This document shows, piece after piece, positions 58,619 to 64,000 of a DNA stretch of 64,000 nt (its first letter is position 1; the number at the start of each line of letters is the position of its first letter). This DNA comes from Perkinsela sp. CCAP 1560/9 (taxonomy: Eukaryota > Protista > Euglenozoa: Kinetoplastea). Position numbers and translations under genes: made by a program. The notes beneath the pieces were generated by a model. That model saw only the letters and a program-made list of their open reading frames with translations. It was not told the DNA's origin and did not search any database. Location of the stretch: contig CBFFSA010000010.1 in NCBI GenBank assembly GCA_965644495.1, positions 682,001 to 746,000 on the forward strand. Reading direction: 5' to 3'.

Positions 58619-59143
58619 TCACACCTGCCCACATCCCGCAATCACTACCGGGCGTCGTGTCGACCCGCTCTGCGAGCCCTCCGCCTCCATCTGCTTCAGC
58701 AGTCCCTCCCCAGACTTCAGCTGGCCAAACACCACGTGCTTCCCGTTCAACCAGTCCGTCGGGGCGGTGCATATAAAAAACTGCGACCCGTTCGTGTTGG
58801 GGCCGGCATTGGCCATGGAGAGGCACCCGAACCCGGTGTGCTTGCCCGCTTTCCCGGCAAAGCTCTCATCGGCGAATTTCGCGCCATAGATGGACTCTCC
58901 CCCGGTGCCATTCCCCGCGGTGAAGTCCCCGCCTTGGCACATAAATCCAGGGATGATGCGGTGGAAGGCACTGTTTTTGAAATGCAGCGGTTTGCCTGAG
59001 CGACCGGATCCTTTCTCTCCGGTGCACAGGGCCCGGAAGTTCTCTGCGGTCTTCGGGACGGCGTCGGCGTAGAGTTCGAACTCGAGACGCCCGGCCGCGG
59101 TGCCGCCGATGGAGATGTCGAAAAAGACGTGGGGGTTGGTCAT
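58619..59143 (-). CDS. CYPA: Cyclophilin A-type peptidyl-prolyl isomerase
   Basis: [32 protein letters not shown] and [16 protein letters not shown]. Confidence 0.98.
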   Translation of the reverse strand: MTNPHVFFDISIGGTAAGRLEFELYADAVPKTAENFRALCTGEKGSGRSGKPLHFKNSAFHRIIPGFMCQGGDFTAGNGTGGESIYGAKFADESFAGKAGKHTGFGCLSMANAGPNTNGSQFFICTAPTDWLNGKHVVFGQLKSGEGLLKQMEAEGSQSGSTRRPVVIAGCGQV

Positions 59144-59441
59144 TGGAAGGAGAGAGAGAGAGAGAATGAGAAAATGGAATGGTTAGTATTGGAAAAGGGT
59201 AAATTTTGAAACAAGATGTTGTGTTTTTAAAGTTTTTCTCCAGTGAAAATGAAAAACTATATACGAGTATATTTTGAAGAACAAAACAAGCACAACTCGT
59301 CGATCCAGTCTCTTTAAAGTTCAATCAATTGTGGAAAGTGTGAAAGTTTGTCAAAAATGTCGAATGTGAGAATTTGTGAAAGTAAATCTCGTGGAAAGGG
59401 CTCTCTCCGTTGGGGGGAAGCGCTCGTACCACGCCTTGTTG

Positions 59442-60113
59442 CTATTCTTCAGGAATCACAATTCCTCCCTCCACCTCAACTTTTCCCACGCTGAGAGATG
59501 TGCGTGAAATATTGTGCTTTGGCCCGTACCGACGGGGCAACAGTTCAAACAACTGAGATGCTACATTCCCTTGAATCTCAACAAATCCTTCGGCTGACAC
59601 TGTACTACCGCAGCAGAAATGTTTTTTCATATCACTGCTAAAGGATTTTAAAGAGATTTCAGGAAACGATAAGAGTCCTTTGAGAACCGTAACATATTTG
59701 TTGCGGCTTCTTCGTAGCACAGAAATAGTAATTTTGGGTAAGGGAGTCTTCTTATGAGAAGATTTTCCTTTTGAATCATCCTTTGCAGTTTCCTCATTCT
59801 CTTCGGTATTTTCCGGTAGCACCTTTGCGCCACGTTTTTTACGAGAACGATCTTTTCGATCGGCTACATCAATTCCTTTTTTAATCAGATGGGGCTTACA
59901 GGAAGCCCAAACGCCTCCATATTCGCAATACTCAAAGGGAAGTGTACAACTTGGACAATATTCCACTTCAATTGGTTCCGCATGTGAGGGAAAATCCGAT
60001 ACTGTAACATCAGGTAAAGTTGTTGTAGCAGCCTCTGAAGTCGATGTTGGGTAAGAATCTATTTCTTCTTTCGCAGGCGGGAGTAGTGCCGCACCAAGTT
60101 CCTGCAAATTCAT
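59442..60113 (-). CDS. DENR: Density-regulated protein / Tma22 (SUI1 domain)
   Basis: VEYCPSCTLPFEYCEY zinc site and C-terminal SUI1 domain (KYVTVLKGL, FCCGSTV, IQG). Confidence 0.92.
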   Translation of the reverse strand: MNLQELGAALLPPAKEEIDSYPTSTSEAATTTLPDVTVSDFPSHAEPIEVEYCPSCTLPFEYCEYGGVWASCKPHLIKKGIDVADRKDRSRKKRGAKVLPENTEENEETAKDDSKGKSSHKKTPLPKITISVLRRSRNKYVTVLKGLLSFPEISLKSFSSDMKKHFCCGSTVSAEGFVEIQGNVASQLFELLPRRYGPKHNISRTSLSVGKVEVEGGIVIPEE

Positions 60114-60277
60114 AAAGAAAAGGTGTGACAAAAATACGGTAAAGCATGTAATACAAAGTCAATAGTATGCGCTTCCCTTCCACTACCTAAACAACATACA
60201 CGCCCACTCCGAAATCATCTTTTTTGAAACACTTTTTTTTCAAATTCTTCTTTCTTCACTAAGCCAGTTTCCATCCC

Positions 60278-61942
60278 TCACACCTTCCCCTCCTCCTCCT
60301 CCTCATACCCCTCCGTCTTCATATCCAAAATCCCCAACTCCTCATCCTCCTCCCTCGTCCTCACCATCCTCTCCTCCACCAACTGCTCATCCCCATTCTC
60401 CCCCACCTCCACCCCCTCCCTCCCCCTCCGTTGCACGTAAATATTCCCCGAGGGGTCCTCCAGCACCACCTGAAACGGGTACGGCCCCTCCCCGCTCGCC
60501 AGCCCCCGCAGCCCCCCCATCAGCCCCTCCCACCGCCGCCCCCTCTCCGCCTCCCCACTGTCCCCGGCCACGAACGCGGCCGCGGTCCCCCGGAGGGTCT
60601 CCCCCATCCGGGTCAGCAGCCCCTCGAGCGTGGTGAAGCACCCCGAGCGCCACCCCCCGCCGGGGTGCATCTCGAGCTCCAGCCCCGGGACCCGCACCAG
60701 GGCGGTCTCGCTCTGCAGCACGTCCCGGTTCAGGTCCGCGGGGGACCGCACGGTGAGGGTGAGCCGGGTCTTGTGCGGGGCGATCCCCCCGCCGCGCTTG
60801 ACCTCCGTGCTGCGGTAGCCGCAGTGGGGGCAGGCGTACCCGAGGAGGAGGGCGTCGCCGAAGTGGGGGATCGCGAGGGGGTGGATGGTGCAGGCGCCCA
60901 GGGAGGCGCAGGAGGGGCAGGACTCGGAGAGGGTGTAGACCGAGGGGGGGTCGGGGGGAGGGGTGGGGGGAGTGGAGGGAGTAGGGAGTTCGTGGTTGGT
61001 GGTGGTGGTGGTGGTAGTAGTAGTAGTGGGAGTGGGAGTGGGAGTGGGAGTGGGAGTAGGGGGTGGGTGGGTGGTGGAGGTCGTGGGGGGGAGTTGGCCC
61101 GCGTTGATGTATTGGTTTTGGGAAGGGGTACGGGTGGTGGTGGGGTTGGTTGTTGGGATTGTGGAGATGGGTGGGGGGTTGGGTATCTCAGAGAGATGAG
61201 GGGGTGATGAGGAAGGGGGTGATGAGGAAGGCGTTTTATTGTTTGGTTGGGGGGTTGTGTCTTTGGGGGGAGGGGTTGACTCGGAGGCCATGTATTCAGG
61301 TTCAGGGGGTTCGGAGGCCAGTCCTAAGGCCTCACGTTGGACAGGGGTACGGAAAAAGTGCCGCTCCGAGAGTTGAGGGTCTAGATTTCCGGTATGGTAG
61401 ATGGCCTCGATGTTGCTATTTCCGCTGGGGTCGTTTATGAGCAAAGTAAAAGGGTTAGGTGTTTCGTCCCGGAGGTTCATGAACTCTTCGACACGAGCAA
61501 GAAAAGCACACAGGGTGGCCTTCTCCTCGTCTCCAATATCCGTTCGCTGGTCCGTGCTCTCCTTTACGTCGCTGTAAATTTGCTTCAGGACACCCTCCAC
61601 TGTACGAATGGAACCACGCATGCTTGAACTTGGGGGAATCTCTAATTGCAGTTCAGGAATTCTAAGTTCTGCATGAGGAGATGTCACCACTTGACGGTTG
61701 AGATCGTTTCGAGTTTTACACAACAGTGTAATTTCTATGCCTTCTGGGGGAAACGTCCCCACGAACTGTACTTCTCGGTTCGTATGTCCACATTCTTTTG
61801 TGTCGTCGCAACTAAAGCTCGAAAGTAAAACGTCGCGAAAATGTGGGATAGTTGTGAGAAGCATTCGTGTCATGCCACTTCCTTCGCAAGCAGGGCACAT
61901 AGAGGAAACCTCAACTGGCTCATTTTGGGGAACTTCAGGCAT
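60278..61942 (-). CDS. ZPR1: Zinc finger protein ZPR1
   Basis: Two ZPR1 domains (SMCPAC..IPHFRDV..DLNRQVV..DPSGNS; SCPSC..IPHF..CPHCGYRSTEVK..DPSGN) with a long Pro/Thr linker. Confidence 0.95.
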   Translation of the reverse strand: MPEVPQNEPVEVSSMCPACEGSGMTRMLLTTIPHFRDVLLSSFSCDDTKECGHTNREVQFVGTFPPEGIEITLLCKTRNDLNRQVVTSPHAELRIPELQLEIPPSSSMRGSIRTVEGVLKQIYSDVKESTDQRTDIGDEEKATLCAFLARVEEFMNLRDETPNPFTLLINDPSGNSNIEAIYHTGNLDPQLSERHFFRTPVQREALGLASEPPEPEYMASESTPPPKDTTPQPNNKTPSSSPPSSSPPHLSEIPNPPPISTIPTTNPTTTRTPSQNQYINAGQLPPTTSTTHPPPTPTPTPTPTPTTTTTTTTTTNHELPTPSTPPTPPPDPPSVYTLSESCPSCASLGACTIHPLAIPHFGDALLLGYACPHCGYRSTEVKRGGGIAPHKTRLTLTVRSPADLNRDVLQSETALVRVPGLELEMHPGGGWRSGCFTTLEGLLTRMGETLRGTAAAFVAGDSGEAERGRRWEGLMGGLRGLASGEGPYPFQVVLEDPSGNIYVQRRGREGVEVGENGDEQLVEERMVRTREEDEELGILDMKTEGYEEEEEGKV

Positions 61943-62060
61943 TAATATTCACAAAGAAGAAAAAAAGGAAAAGCCTGCCAAAGAAACATAATATTCGCTT
62001 GGCACTTCCTATCAAATTTTTTGTATGAAAGACTGAAAAAAATATTTACTACAGAACATG

Positions 62061-63029
62061 TAAACCGGGGGTCAGTTCAATACTAAGGTTAGTTTAATAT
62101 TAAGATCTACTTTAATATTAAGATTGGCACTTTAATATTAAAATGACACTTTAATATTAAGATTCACTTCAATATTAAGATTTGATTTTTTTAAGGATTT
62201 TCTTTGGTTCTTTAATTTTTCTGATTTTTTTGGTGGACCTTATTGCTTCACAATTAACGGCACTATCGCTGCGTAGCCACGGAGAAGTAATCAACGAATG
62301 TTACAGAGTCGTCGAAGATTATGTTGAGGTTTGCTCTCTTAAGGATGACGAAGGTGTATGCAACCCTCCGACTTGAGCGATTCTCTGCTTTATAAATCTG
62401 AAAACTGTGACTCTGAAAGTCGGCCGAGTGACAGTGCCGAGTCCGAAGAAGATAATGGTTCTGAAAGCTCCGAAGAATCGGATGAAAAATCGAATGACAG
62501 AGATTCAGAGGATTCAGGTGAACTTTCAAAAAATGTGGATAGAACTAAAATTTGCCCTTACGAAAAGCAAGCAAAAGATAATGGTGTTCGCGTTCGAGTG
62601 GAATCTACGGCCAAAATCAAGCGGGCGATCTCACGTGTGTGGGATAGCTGGAGTGTAGAGATACAACGCAAGTATGGATCCATACAAGTGTTGAACAAAT
62701 GGATTAAAGGCAGATTTCCAAACTCCCGTATTCATATTAGCAACAAAAATCAGTTGCAAAACTATTCTGAATTAACACGTGGCATCAAGAAGGCTTGTGA
62801 AACGGTGCACCAGATCATGTAAAATGATTATATCCTTTTACTGTAATAAATTTCGGTGAAAGGGGACTTTTTTCCCCCCAAAAAAACTTGAATTTTTTTC
62901 ATGGTGGCTTCTCAAACAAAATTTCAGTATTATCCAAGCGAGTGATTATGACAACCCTGCGATTCGCTTATTGATGACGCGGGGTTTATTAGCGTTTTCA
63001 ATCTTAATATTAGACTGACCCCCGGTTTA
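62061..63029 (+). mobile_element. Internally deleted pogo-like element
   Basis: TIR TAAACCGGGGGTCAGT / ACTGACCCCCGGTTTA; TTAATATTAAGAT subterminal repeats; ORF 62358..62822 resembles the N-terminus of the 18520..19239 transposase. Confidence 0.75.
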
Positions 63030-63140
63030 GGTGAAAGCAGTTTTTTTCAACGAAGTACAAGGGGGAGTGTCACAGTACATGATACACATTTGTAAGTGCA
63101 CGAAATTCCGTCACTTGCATTCTCACATTTCCTGTCATAC

Positions 63141-63737
63141 TTAATCTAGATCACAGACTAAAATTTTCGTATCCCACAGCGCCCGGTAGGACATATCCCG
63201 CGGCAGCTTTTCCGGCTCCAGTTTCCCCGTCAGTTCCGCGTTATTCCGCACCGCAAACGTACTTAGACGCCGCGGCAGACGGTTTAGATCCACCCATCCT
63301 GCAAATTGATTCTCGGACAGGATTAGCTCCTCCATGGTCTCCGGCAATTTTGTTAACTCCAGCGACCCGGAGAATCGGTTATAGGACAGATCCAGCACCA
63401 CGAGCCCTGGGGGGAGGTCGACAAAATCCACACTCCCATATAGCTTGTTGTCGTAAAAATTTAACTCCTTGAGGGAGCGCGGTAGATATTCCCACTGGAG
63501 AGTGCCACTAAGGCCGCGGCTGAACCAATCAATGACTCGGGTTGCACCTTTTAGGTCGCGTTCCGCGCCATCCCACTGCTTGTTGTGTGTGGTCCATGAG
63601 GCGTGGGGGTTGGTGATGTTGGCAATAAAACGCACAAGATTGTATTCGTCTGGGAGTTCCACGTTGCGTGTTTTGGATGACTTGAGCGGGGGCTGCGGGG
63701 CATCGGAGAAATGTAGGAGTGGTGGGGAAACGATCAT
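63141..63737 (-). CDS. Short LRR protein, family copy 6
   Basis: SKTRNVELPDEYNLVRFI, IDWFSRGLSGTLQWEYLP and LRRs. Confidence 0.88.
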   Translation of the reverse strand: MIVSPPLLHFSDAPQPPLKSSKTRNVELPDEYNLVRFIANITNPHASWTTHNKQWDGAERDLKGATRVIDWFSRGLSGTLQWEYLPRSLKELNFYDNKLYGSVDFVDLPPGLVVLDLSYNRFSGSLELTKLPETMEELILSENQFAGWVDLNRLPRRLSTFAVRNNAELTGKLEPEKLPRDMSYRALWDTKILVCDLD

Positions 63738-64000
63738 GGGGAGAGACGGTGTGTTGTAAGAGTAGAAACAAAGCTAAATCGGTGTTTTTCTTAATATTTT
63801 AATTCCTAATAAGTTTATAATATTTTCTTCTGTATACGGGCGTAAAGTACGCCACTGTGTTTTACGTATGCGGCGAATATTTTATGTATTATTCGTCAAT
63901 GTAAGACTACTGAACCCAGCAAGACGTTCATTCGCTCAGCCGAAGCTGTGGCTCGTTGGATGAACCGCTCATTGCACGATGATACAGGGGTGAACAGAAA

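Noticed and set aside
60431-61207. 258-aa + strand ORF
   Set aside because: An antisense shadow of the GC-rich ZPR1 gene.

Overview
This is eukaryotic, transposon-saturated DNA. All 13 host-type genes are intronless and on the minus strand: six short LRR proteins, a syntaxin, a Sec12-like protein, a LisH-like protein, a Cwf18/CCDC12-like protein, cyclophilin, DENR and ZPR1. A four-tRNA cluster is embedded among them. This layout suggests a kinetoplastid-style polycistronic unit, possibly a Perkinsela-like prokinetoplastid (inference, not verified). The intergenic space is a nested mosaic of DNA transposons (Merlin, Harbinger/ISL2EU-like, pogo, Tc1, Helitron) plus a near-intact APE-RT-RNaseH LINE. 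Four observations stand out. (1) An intact bacterial-type IS30 (DD33E) transposase sits in a eukaryote-style element with defined ends, 2-bp TSDs, inverted 20-bp arrays, 101-bp repeats and a long hairpin; the architecture recurs three times. (2) A LINE is boxed inside DNA-transposon TIRs, and the adjacent subterminal repeat supplies its start codon. (3) A 341-bp structured SINE-like retroposon carries a 15-bp TSD. (4) An abundant hairpin-ended repeat family is physically joined to a Helitron Rep. All calls were made by eye; no database searches were run.
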